A DNA stretch of 64,000 nucleotides, taken from assembly GCA_016783905.1 (NCBI GenBank), contig JADHVQ010000002.1:6599-70598 (forward strand). Reading direction: 5' to 3'. Both the position numbers and the translations under genes were made by a program. Positions 19,551 through 27,483 of the stretch are shown piece after piece. The notes under the pieces were generated by a model. The model searched no databases, was not told the DNA's origin, and saw only the letters and a program-made list of their open reading frames with translations. This DNA is from Bacteroidales bacterium (GTDB taxonomy: Bacteria > Bacteroidota > Bacteroidia > Bacteroidales > FEN-979). How positions within the stretch are numbered: the stretch's first letter is position 1; each line of letters starts with the position of its first letter.

Positions 19551-20181
19551 CTTTTCTGCTTATGACAGCCAGAATAATTATTCCCACCGGCAATAAAAGA
19601 AGAGAGAGCTCCCAATAAGCTCCATTGATAAAGGTCACCACCGTTGCCAGAACGGCAACCAGGGGCTCCACGGTCATCTCCCCGTTGGTGGCTTTGATCT
19701 GGCCTTTTGTTACCTCCTTGTATATCAACCGATGGTTTCTGGAGGCATAAAACCATCCCAGGAAACCAAACAGCCCGATGAAGAACATATCTAAATTGAA
19801 AAACAACTGAACATAGAAATCACTTCCAAACTGCATACTCAGTGCATTAGGGTAAGGAGCAAGGGCAATAAAAAAGAGGTAGAAAATATTGATCCAGGTA
19901 TAGGTGTTATCCACCTTAACAATGTATTTCGACTGGTTTGCATTGGTATACCAGTAAAGTGCCATAAAAAGAAACACCAGGAATGCCGTAAAGAGTTCCG
20001 AAGCTCTTGCCAGTACAAATGCTTCAGGATCGAGGTCATAATCAGCCCAGAAATCAGCATTGTTAAAGGTCAGCATCCCTGAGATGATAAACAGTACCAT
20101 GGATACGGCAAATACAATATCGGTAATCCGGTGCAGCCGTTCCGGTGTCTGAATGATGGAATCTTGCTTTTCAGTACTCAT
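19540..20181 (-). CDS. TMEM175/DUF1211-like membrane protein (putative K+ channel)
   Basis: TM1 motif RLHRITDIVFAVSMVLFII resembles the R-x-x-x-F-S-D-G-x-x-A signature of the family. 6 TM. Start set at MSTEKQD (20181). Confidence 0.55.
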   Translation of the reverse strand: MSTEKQDSIIQTPERLHRITDIVFAVSMVLFIISGMLTFNNADFWADYDLDPEAFVLARASELFTAFLVFLFMALYWYTNANQSKYIVKVDNTYTWINIFYLFFIALAPYPNALSMQFGSDFYVQLFFNLDMFFIGLFGFLGWFYASRNHRLIYKEVTKGQIKATNGEMTVEPLVAVLATVVTFINGAYWELSLLLLPVGIIILAVISRKAKR

Positions 20182-20200
20182 ATGATAGGATTTATTGGTT

Positions 20201-20842
20201 CTATTTTTCTTTTGCTTTTGTGGGGCTAATTCCAACCAGTCTTCCGATCATGACAGCGATGTACAATACTCCCAGAACAGATTCCATCATCACAATCACC
20301 TTGGCTAGTTTATAGACAGGCAGGATATCTCCAAATCCAAGAGTAGTCAGGATCACAAAGCTGAAATAGATCATATCCCCGCTAATATCGCTTGATTCAG
20401 GTCTATTATAAATGATGGCTCCCGGATGGATCATCTCAATAAAACTATAAAGAAAGCCAAACGCTATTCCAATCAGCAGATATACTGAGATCGCATTACT
20501 GATATCTGAAAAGGATAAAGACCTGGTGGTCATGATAAGGTAGAAAAACAGACCGGCATAAATAATGAAAAGAATGGTTAAACTTAAAAACTGCAGAGCC
20601 AGAATATCGCGTGTTGAGACTCCAATGGTAATGTAATTAAATCCAATGATCAAGAGGCTGAAAACTACCAAAATCCAGAACAAATGCCTTTGAATGGAGA
20701 GAGCGAGTAGTCCTAAACATACGCAGACAGTTAACAGAATTAACGAGATTACTCCTCCATAAAGGATATCCTCAAGAAATGTGCTTGCCACCATTACCAT
20801 AACCAGGGATATCAGAAATAGGTGGTTTTTGATGAATTTCAT
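20201..20842 (-). CDS. potassium channel family protein
   Basis: Pore-loop selectivity filter TTLGFGD (variant of TxGYGD) between the last two of about 6 TM helices. Confidence 0.75.
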   Translation of the reverse strand: MKFIKNHLFLISLVMVMVASTFLEDILYGGVISLILLTVCVCLGLLALSIQRHLFWILVVFSLLIIGFNYITIGVSTRDILALQFLSLTILFIIYAGLFFYLIMTTRSLSFSDISNAISVYLLIGIAFGFLYSFIEMIHPGAIIYNRPESSDISGDMIYFSFVILTTLGFGDILPVYKLAKVIVMMESVLGVLYIAVMIGRLVGISPTKAKEK

Positions 20843-20859
20843 AATGTGAGATCAGATGA

Positions 20860-21465
20860 CTACTTTTTTGGCAACTCTACCCGCTTCTTTACTTCCCGCA
20901 TGAGATTTAATGGGGTATCTGTGATCACCATGTTATACAACCAGGCGGGAACGATCCCTCCCGGATCTACAAATCCTTCGAGCGTAAGCCGGATCATCCC
21001 ATCATTTAATGGCTGTAAGTTCCACTTCTGCCAGTAGTTTTTAATCCGGATAATACCAGGGTCCTCAGGGATGACATCAGGAAGCGGACGAGCCAGGATG
21101 ACCTTGGTCCCAGTGACAGGATCAATCGTTACCCGGGCATCCACACAAAGATCCCGGTCCATCAGGGGCCATGGAACATCGTAAATCAGGTAGTACTGGG
21201 AGTAAACATTTTCCACATGGGCCAGGACGTCAATTTTTCGGATATCGTCGTCCCACCAATCGAAATTTTTCACATTTCCTACCACCGTTCCGATTATCTT
21301 CATGGTGGAGTGTACCTCCATCACTCCTTTGAACGACTTTAAAGGGCTTCCTTTCTCCTTCCGGGTATAGATCTTAATCCCGTCACGCTCTTTTATAAAC
21401 TCCCACTGTTGTGCAGCGAGATGGATGGTTATTAAGAGGTTGAATAGAATAAAAATGGTCCTCAC
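20860..21465 (-). CDS. secreted START/SRPBCC lipid-binding domain protein
   Basis: Signal peptide, then QWEFIKERDGIKIYTRK...SFKGVMEV, typical of bacterial START domains. Length about 200 aa. Confidence 0.6.
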   Translation of the reverse strand: MRTIFILFNLLITIHLAAQQWEFIKERDGIKIYTRKEKGSPLKSFKGVMEVHSTMKIIGTVVGNVKNFDWWDDDIRKIDVLAHVENVYSQYYLIYDVPWPLMDRDLCVDARVTIDPVTGTKVILARPLPDVIPEDPGIIRIKNYWQKWNLQPLNDGMIRLTLEGFVDPGGIVPAWLYNMVITDTPLNLMREVKKRVELPKK

Positions 21466-21598
21466 TGTTACCTATTTTTGAGGAGGTCAATTTTTTTACA
21501 AAGTAACAGCAATATTTTGAAATATGATAATTGTTGATTATTCCTATTTTTACTTTTCGCGTTTTTCAACGTAATATTAAAAGAGACGGAGAAACCGC

Positions 21599-21775
21599 AT
21601 GCAAGATACCCTGCAGGAAATAATTCGACGCATCAGCAAAGGAGATCAGGACGCATTCCGGAGAGTGGTGGAGCATTATCAGCGTCCTGCTTTCCCGCTT
21701 GTTTTCCGGATCCTGGCTGGAATCAAATTGAAGATACAATCAAAACCGTACGACCATAAAAATCAAAAATATTAA
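21599..21775 (+). pseudogene. N-terminal fragment of an ECF sigma-70 factor
   Basis: MQDTLQEIIRRISKGDQDAFRRVVEHYQRPAFPLVFRILAG is a typical region-2 start. It then gives IKLKIQSKPYDHKNQKY and a stop at codon 59. Regions 2.4-4 are absent. Confidence 0.55.
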
Positions 21776-21778
21776 CAA

Positions 21779-22619
21779 ATGAAAACTCGAGAGATCCTGA
21801 CAATCCTGTTCGTCGCCATACTGATTTTCAGCGGATGCCGTGAAATCACAGTCACCACCCAGGTTCACCGCGACGGCTCCTGTACACGCATCATCCGGAT
21901 TACCGGCGATTCTTCCTCTGTTTTCAAGGGAAACCTCCCCTATCCCGTGGGTTCAACCTGGGAACGGGTTGCGATCAAAGATACAGCCGGCAATGATCCA
22001 AAAGGTGATGACTACATCCTCACGTTTACCAAAACATTTCAGGGCAGTGAATCACTTAATGCTGAGATCGTTTCAGATACCAGTTGGCGAAAACGGTTAG
22101 ACCGCCAGGTAGCGATAACCAAACGTTTTGGATTCTTTTATTCCTATTTGACCTTCCGAGAGGAATTTCAGCCAGCCAATCCCTTTACTTCCCTGTCATT
22201 CGAGGAGTACCTTACGCCGGATGATCTGCTCTGGTTATCAGGACAAAAAAACATCATCAGCCGTTCCGATTCGATCCGTCACTTCCGGCTAGCGACGTGG
22301 TTCGTTTTCACGACAGCATCTACAGGTACGTTGAGGATTGGGAATTTGAACAGCCGGAGAAACTGATTGATTACCTCCGGAACTGGACAGGTAATACTGC
22401 AGTGGATCAGCTTCATGACCTGACTCCCGGTATCTTCGAAAGATTCCAACAGAAGGTCAGTTTCTTTGAGAACCTGATCGATATGGAGAGTTATCCCGAA
22501 ACCGTTGAGATGCCCGGATTAATTATAAAGACCAACTCTCAGATTGGGCTTTCATCCTGACTGGAATCGTCCTGCTTTCCCTGATCATTGTATTGATCGT
22601 GAAGGCAGTGAAAAAGTAG
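21779..22619 (+). pseudogene. lipoprotein gene split over three reading frames
   Basis: Frame A (21779-22366) has the lipobox LIFSGC. Frame B (open from 22225 to 22560) continues plausibly. Frame C (open from 22509 to 22619) supplies a C-terminal TM anchor LTGIVLLSLIIVLIVKAVKK. An A7 run at 22245-22251 lies in the first switch zone. Confidence 0.45.
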
Positions 22620-22652
22620 AATCGCATTAAAATCAGATGATTTCTTTTATAT

Positions 22653-23050
22653 TTATTTGGAGATTTTTTCCTTCAGAAAAGCAGTTAGTCTCTCATTCGA
22701 GCTGGCCAGGTTGTTATATTGAAGCTGAATGCTTTGCAAAAATCTCAGGTACCATCGATACTGTGGCTTCAATGCTTTGGTCCAGAGATTATAATATTCA
22801 CTTTTGGGGCGCTCCATATTCAGCACCAGAAACTCCATAGCATAGGTCTCTCCTTTGGAAAAGAGGTTCAGTAATTTGAGTTTGTCGGTTTCGTAAAGAA
22901 CTCATATATTGCCCTGGCTTTTTGTTCGTTATAAAGGTTGGTTTGATAGTGGTCAAGCAATATTGCTGCCCATACTCCCAGAAAAATTACGAGCAAATCA
23001 AACAACAACCAAAGGGGGTTTCTCGATGATCGTTTTTCTCTGATTCTCAT
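22653..23050 (-). pseudogene. N-terminally anchored membrane protein gene interrupted by a frameshift near 22900
   Basis: MRIREKRSSRNPLWLLFDLLVIFLGVWAAILLDHYQ... ends at 22868. A second frame, open from 22901, continues VLYETDKLKLLNLFSKGETYAMEFLV... to 22653. Confidence 0.35.
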
Positions 23051-23149
23051 ATCTGGTTGTTTTAATCCAATCAAAAATAAAAATTCTAAACATAAAAACA
23101 CCAGAAATCCCCAAAATCTCTATTTTAGCATATCCCTAAATCCTATATC

Positions 23150-23440
23150 ATGAAATTTCCAAAAATTGTACGATGGCTTTCTCTGTTTGTCATAGCGGTT
23201 ATCATCCTGACCTCCTGTGCTCCCGGAAATGAAAAATTTGACATCGACCCAGCCGGTTTCTGGATGGGCCTCTGGCACGGATTCATCTCTCTGGTCACTT
23301 TCGTCATCAGCCTTTTCAATAACGAAGTTGGTATCTACGAAGTGAACAATTCAGGGTGGCCCTACAACCTGGGATTTATCCTGGGTATTATGATCTTTTA
23401 CGGAGGGTCAACCAAGGGCGGTAGCCGGAAATGGCGGTAA
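23150..23440 (+). CDS. small membrane lipoprotein, unknown function
   Basis: Lipobox IILTSC plus two further hydrophobic helices (FWMGLWHGFISLVTFVISLF; LGFILGIMIFYGG). Intact 96-codon ORF. Confidence 0.5.
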   Translation: MKFPKIVRWLSLFVIAVIILTSCAPGNEKFDIDPAGFWMGLWHGFISLVTFVISLFNNEVGIYEVNNSGWPYNLGFILGIMIFYGGSTKGGSRKWR

Positions 23441-23537
23441 TGGATATGATTATGGTGCCTTCTGGTGAATCCAATCTTACACTTGAAATTGCTAGCTATG
23501 GAGGGAACCAGATTACGCAAAACCAACAATCAAAGCA

Positions 23538-23666
23538 ATGAAAAAAGTATTTGTTTTTATTGTCGCCACTGCCATGATTTTTGCCTCCATAAAGGGTGTG
23601 CTTTCGCAAGGATGGGAACCCATAAAGAGTGCCCCGAGTGTCTCAGTTAACGGATTGTTTTTTTAG
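23538..23666 (+). pseudogene. 42-codon ORF consisting of a signal peptide plus about 20 residues; probable 5' remnant of a secreted-protein gene
   Basis: MKKVFVFIVATAMIFASIKGVLSQGWEPIKSAPSVSVNGLFF, then stop. Below the ORF-track cutoff. Confidence 0.2.
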
Positions 23667-23825
23667 ATGATGGGTTGCAGGAATGGGCAGGTGAATGGCA
23701 AAGAAGCACGCTGAACGATCTGGCGAAGCAACCAGGCTTTCATTGATCTCCAGGATTAATTGCGGGCATATCTTCACACACGATTCGCATCCGGTACACT
23801 TTTCAGTTACTGTAATTATTGCCAT
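23643..23825 (-). pseudogene. 4Fe-4S ferredoxin remnant (only one cluster motif)
   Basis: MAIITVTEKCTGCESCVKICPQLILEI carries one CxxCxxCxxxCP motif. The expected second motif is absent in all three frames downstream. Confidence 0.4.
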
Positions 23826-23905
23826 AGGATGATAATTTGAATTTAACAATATAATTGAACTTCATTTCGTATTTCCGTAACCTCCTGATCGATGCAAACA
23901 TGCAT

Positions 23906-23950
23906 AAAAAAAAGAGGCTGTTTCAAAAGTACGAGACAGCTTCTTTTTTT
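23906..23950. terminator. bidirectional rho-independent terminator just 3' of the tRNA
   Basis: A8 run, 13-bp stem AAGAGGCTGTTTC/GAGACAGCTTCTT (2 G-U pairs), 8-nt loop, then T7 run. Confidence 0.65.
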
Positions 23951-23951
23951 G

Positions 23952-24025
23952 TGGGCCCACCAGGACTTGAACCTGGGACCAATAGATTATGAGTCTACTG
24001 CTCTGACCAACTGAGCTATGGGCCC
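23952..24025 (-). tRNA. tRNA with CAT anticodon; the acceptor stem suggests tRNA-Ile2 (lysidine) rather than elongator or initiator Met
   Basis: The reverse complement folds as GGGCCCA TA GCTC AGTTGGTCA GAGC A GTAGA CTCATAA TCTAT TGGTC CCAGG TTCAAGT CCTGG TGGGCCC A (74 nt). CCA is not encoded. C4:G69 and C5:G68 are present. The anticodon stem lacks the three G:C pairs of initiator tRNA. Confidence 0.85.
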
Positions 24026-24028
24026 GGA

Positions 24029-24076
24029 CCCCACCCCTGCCCCTCCCCTTGTTGGGGGAGGGGTTCGGGGAGGGGG
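24029..24076. repeat. C-tract/G-tract palindromic element, copy 1
   Basis: ccccacccctgcccctcccc-ttgttg-ggggaggggttcggggaggggg. Inner 9-bp stem CCCCTCCCC/GGGGAGGGG, outer stem of 4+4 bp. The G-rich half has four G4-5 tracts with loops of 1, 3 and 1 nt. Confidence 0.8.
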
Positions 24077-24203
24077 TAAAACAGAATGCAAAAATACGAC
24101 TTTTTTAGTTTTTCAGGTATATCCCGGAGCCGATGAAATAGTCGATGCCGGGAATTTTCATCTTCGCCGAAAATTATCACCTTTGCAATTACAAACTACA
24201 GAT

Positions 24204-24851
24204 ATGGAAGGGACCCTGATCCGAAATATCATCTTCGACTTCGGCGGTGTGATCTGCAACATCGATATCTCCAGGACAGAAAAAGCGTTCGTCGCACTCG
24301 GGATCAGACAATTTGACAAGGAATATTCCGTCACCGAAAGGGATAACTTCTTTGGCAGTTTTGAAACTGGTAAGATCACCCCACAGCAATTCCGGGATAC
24401 GATGGCCCGCTATTTTGATCGTCCTGTGACGGGAAACGAGATTGATGTTGCATGGAATGCCCTTCTACAGGATATTCCTGCTTCCCGGATCTCGCTGCTT
24501 AGAAACTTGACCAATCATTACCGGCTCTTCCTCCTCAGCAATACCAATGAGATCCATTATACACAATACCTGAAAGACCTCCAGATTGTCCACGGGATAA
24601 CCGGATTTGAGGAGCTTTTTAAAAAAGCCTATTTTTCTCATCAGATCGGGCTTCGCAAACCCTTCCGGGAGGTGTTTGATTTTGTTGCAACTGATGCGGG
24701 GCTCACCCGGAATGAAACCCTCTTTATCGATGATTCCATCGAACATGTGAAGGGAGCCCTGAAAGCCGGGATGAAAGCCTATCATTTGAAACCGGGTGAA
24801 GATGTAGCTTCGCTGTTCAATGCAGAAATGCAATTTCTTCCGGTACTGTGA
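24204..24851 (+). CDS. HAD-superfamily hydrolase (subfamily IA-like)
   Basis: Motif I IIFDFGGVI, motif II LLSNTN, motif IV FIDDS. Start set at MEGTLIRN (24204). The longer ORF would read through the tRNA and the GC palindrome. Confidence 0.8.
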   Translation: MEGTLIRNIIFDFGGVICNIDISRTEKAFVALGIRQFDKEYSVTERDNFFGSFETGKITPQQFRDTMARYFDRPVTGNEIDVAWNALLQDIPASRISLLRNLTNHYRLFLLSNTNEIHYTQYLKDLQIVHGITGFEELFKKAYFSHQIGLRKPFREVFDFVATDAGLTRNETLFIDDSIEHVKGALKAGMKAYHLKPGEDVASLFNAEMQFLPVL

Positions 24852-26211
24852 CTTTTGTGTCTTTTTTCCGGATAAATAGTGAAAAAAGAAGTGCCAGCAA
24901 ACACAGCAAAGCGCCTCCCACGTAAGCCCAGCTGAATCCATTCGTTAATTCTGTGACCGGAATCGATTTTAACGCAAATCCTTGACCTCCTGCCGGTTTA
25001 GCTATGGACATTGTAAATATCATCTCCATCAGGATCAGTCCGAACATCTGACCCAGGTTGGTCCCCAGTTTAAAAATGCTTGATGATATGGCTTGTTTTC
25101 CCACCGGGGCCATCGACATTACCAGGTTGTTGTTGGGCGTGATAAAGAGGGCATAGGAGAGTCCGAGCAACACCATGAAACCGAAGAGGATCCCCAGGTG
25201 GAGTTGCGGTAGCAGCAAGGCAAAGGCAATACAGCTTCCGGCCCCGAGCAGCATGCCGAAATTGGTGAGTCCGACTTTTGAAACCCTGTCCGATAACCGG
25301 CCAGTCACCATACTGAACATGCTGAAGACCACGGCAAAGGTCATCATGATGAAACCGGCATGTGTTACGTCGATATGCAAACCGTTTATGATATAAAACG
25401 GCATCAACACATTGCTTCCCGCCATCAGTCCGAACCCGGCAATCGAAGCGAGAATGGCAAAAGAAAAGCTGCGGCCGGAGAAGATCGAGAGGTCGAGGAT
25501 CGGGTCCTTGACTTTCCGCTCCCATAAGACAAAGACCACCAGTAGCAATACCGAACTCAACAGGCCGGTAATTGTTACCATAGAGTCCCATCCCAGTTCT
25601 TTCCCTTTGCTCAGAAAAAACACAAGCAATGCAAGGCCTGCAAAACTCAGTAAGGAGCCGAGGAGATCAAATCCGGATTTCCTGGGGGATGATTTCGTTT
25701 CCTGCTTGTCTGAAGGGATTATCCGGACAGCAAACAAAATTGCCAGCACCCCTATCGGTATGTTAATCAAAAAGATCCAGTGCCAGTTCAGCATTCCCGT
25801 AATCAGTCCTCCCAGCGGATTCCCGATCAACATGCCCAGGGAGGAGACCGGAGAAAAGATCCCGAAAGCCCATCCTCTTCGAGCGGAGGGTATAAACCTG
25901 GTGATCAGAGCAATAGCAGTGGCATAGAGCATGGAACCTCCCAAGGACTGAAGGGTCCTGGCTCCAAGCAGGAGGGGAAATGTAGTAGCCAGTCCGCATA
26001 ACAGTGAACTCACTGTGAAGACCGAAAAGCCGGTCACAAAGATCCGTTTCACCCCATATTTATCGGCAAGCTTGCCGAAAATAATCAGGGTGCTGGATAT
26101 CATAAGCAGATAGATAAGGGTGATCTGTACCACTTCTGTTGTGGAAATATTGAAGTAGCTGGCAATTTCGGGAAGAGAGATATTTACAATATTGCTATCC
26201 AGCAATACCAT
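24817..26211 (-). CDS. MFS drug:H+ antiporter, DHA2/EmrB-like (14 TMS); start codon uncertain
   Basis: FMVLLDSNIVNISLPEI is the TM1 signature of the family. The frame is open upstream (..KKQIGIIISGSLAGF) but has no ATG, GTG or TTG there. Confidence 0.75.
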   Translation of the reverse strand: MVLLDSNIVNISLPEIASYFNISTTEVVQITLIYLLMISSTLIIFGKLADKYGVKRIFVTGFSVFTVSSLLCGLATTFPLLLGARTLQSLGGSMLYATAIALITRFIPSARRGWAFGIFSPVSSLGMLIGNPLGGLITGMLNWHWIFLINIPIGVLAILFAVRIIPSDKQETKSSPRKSGFDLLGSLLSFAGLALLVFFLSKGKELGWDSMVTITGLLSSVLLLVVFVLWERKVKDPILDLSIFSGRSFSFAILASIAGFGLMAGSNVLMPFYIINGLHIDVTHAGFIMMTFAVVFSMFSMVTGRLSDRVSKVGLTNFGMLLGAGSCIAFALLLPQLHLGILFGFMVLLGLSYALFITPNNNLVMSMAPVGKQAISSSIFKLGTNLGQMFGLILMEMIFTMSIAKPAGGQGFALKSIPVTELTNGFSWAYVGGALLCLLALLFSLFIRKKDTKVTVPEEIAFLH

Positions 26212-26398
26212 AAAGCCTGCCAGGGAGCCACTGATGATGATTCCGATCTGTTTTTTTCGACTGATTACTTTCTGATTTGTTACAGTTCGTGGGTACGGCC
26301 GGACAAATGTAATATTTTCTCCCTCAATCCCCGGGAAAACAAGTGGCTCTATCCATCCCGGATCATAAAAAGAACTTGACTTTTGGCCAAAATTGGAT

Positions 26399-26406
26399 TA
26401 ACTTTG
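26399..26406 (+). promoter_or_regulatory. candidate -7 box TAACTTTG, 27 nt upstream of the queA ATG
   Basis: Exact TAnnTTTG match. Confidence 0.4.
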
Positions 26407-26433
26407 CAACCCCCAATCACAGGCTAAATCCAT

Positions 26434-27483
26434 ATGAAGCTTTCACACTTTCGCTTTCATCTGCCTCAGGAACTAATTGCCAACGACCCCCCAAAGCAGA
26501 GAGATGATGTTCCAATGATGGTTTTGGACAGAAAGAGCAGAACCATTGAACATAAGAATTTCAGAGACATCTTAACCTATTTTGGAGATGGGGATGTTTT
26601 CATCCTGAACAATACCAAGGTTTTTCCTGCCCGGCTATATGGAGAGAAAGAGAAAACGGGTGCCAAAATTGAAGTATTCCTGCTTCGGGAATTGAACCGG
26701 GAATCCCGGCTCTGGGATGTATTGGTCGATCCGGCCCGTAAAATACGCATCGGCAACAAACTATATTTTGGGGAAGATGACTCTCTGGTTGCTGAAGTGA
26801 TTGATAACACCACTTCACGGGGCCGAACCATCAGATTTCTCTTTGACGGATCCTACGACGAGTTCAAACGGACCATTCGGCGATTGGGTCAAACCCCGTT
26901 ACCTAAGATCCATAACCGCCCTGTTACAGAAGAGGATGAGGTTCGATACCAGACCATCTATGCCAAACATGAGGGGGCCGTGGCAGCTCCCACCGCAGGA
27001 TTGCATTTCAGCCGCGAAATCATGAAACGCCTGGAGCTGCAGGGAGTTAACTTTGCGGAGGTCACTCTGCATGTCGGCCTTGGCAATTTCCGCTCCATCG
27101 AAGTGGAGGATCTGTCAAAACACAAGATGGATAGTGAGGAGATCATTATAGAACCAGAGACCGCAGAAATTGTCAACCGGGCCAAAGCAAAGAAAAAGAA
27201 AGTGGTAGCCATCGGAACAACCACCATGAAAGCGGTGGAGTCGTCGGTAGCTATCTCCAATATGTTGAAGCCTTATCGTGGATGGACCAACAAGTTTATC
27301 TTTCCTCCCTATGAATTCAGCATCGCCAACGCCATGGTAAGCAACCTTCATCTCCCCCAGTCCCCGATGATGATGCTGGTGGCAGCTTTTGCTGGTTACG
27401 ACTTCCTGATGGAAGCTTACCAGGAAGCTATCAAGAAGAAATACAAGTTCTTTACATACGGCTATCCGATGTTGATCCTTTGA
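26434..27483 (+). CDS. queA: S-adenosylmethionine:tRNA ribosyltransferase-isomerase
   Basis: [19 protein letters not shown]..., [22 protein letters not shown]. Length 349 aa. Confidence 0.9.
   Translation: MKLSHFRFHLPQELIANDPPKQRDDVPMMVLDRKSRTIEHKNFRDILTYFGDGDVFILNNTKVFPARLYGEKEKTGAKIEVFLLRELNRESRLWDVLVDPARKIRIGNKLYFGEDDSLVAEVIDNTTSRGRTIRFLFDGSYDEFKRTIRRLGQTPLPKIHNRPVTEEDEVRYQTIYAKHEGAVAAPTAGLHFSREIMKRLELQGVNFAEVTLHVGLGNFRSIEVEDLSKHKMDSEEIIIEPETAEIVNRAKAKKKKVVAIGTTTMKAVESSVAISNMLKPYRGWTNKFIFPPYEFSIANAMVSNLHLPQSPMMMLVAAFAGYDFLMEAYQEAIKKKYKFFTYGYPMLIL

Noticed and set aside
22297-22560. The 87-aa GTG-initiated ORF, considered as an independent gene.
   Set aside because: Its frame is open upstream to 22225 and overlaps the preceding ORF. 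Its sequence continues that ORF logically and then continues in a third frame into a TM anchor. It is better explained as the middle part of one frameshifted gene.
21466-23951. I searched for a direct repeat of the tRNA 3' end (ggcccaccaggacttgaacc) that would mark the far attachment site of an integrated element.
   Set aside because: I found no partial copy by eye anywhere in the islet or elsewhere in the window, so an att-bounded island cannot be claimed.
24018-24203. N-terminal extension of the HAD ORF (MGPDPTPAPPLVGGGVRGGGK...).
   Set aside because: The extension reads through the tRNA 5' end and the C/G-tract palindrome. The HAD motif I begins right after Met at 24204.
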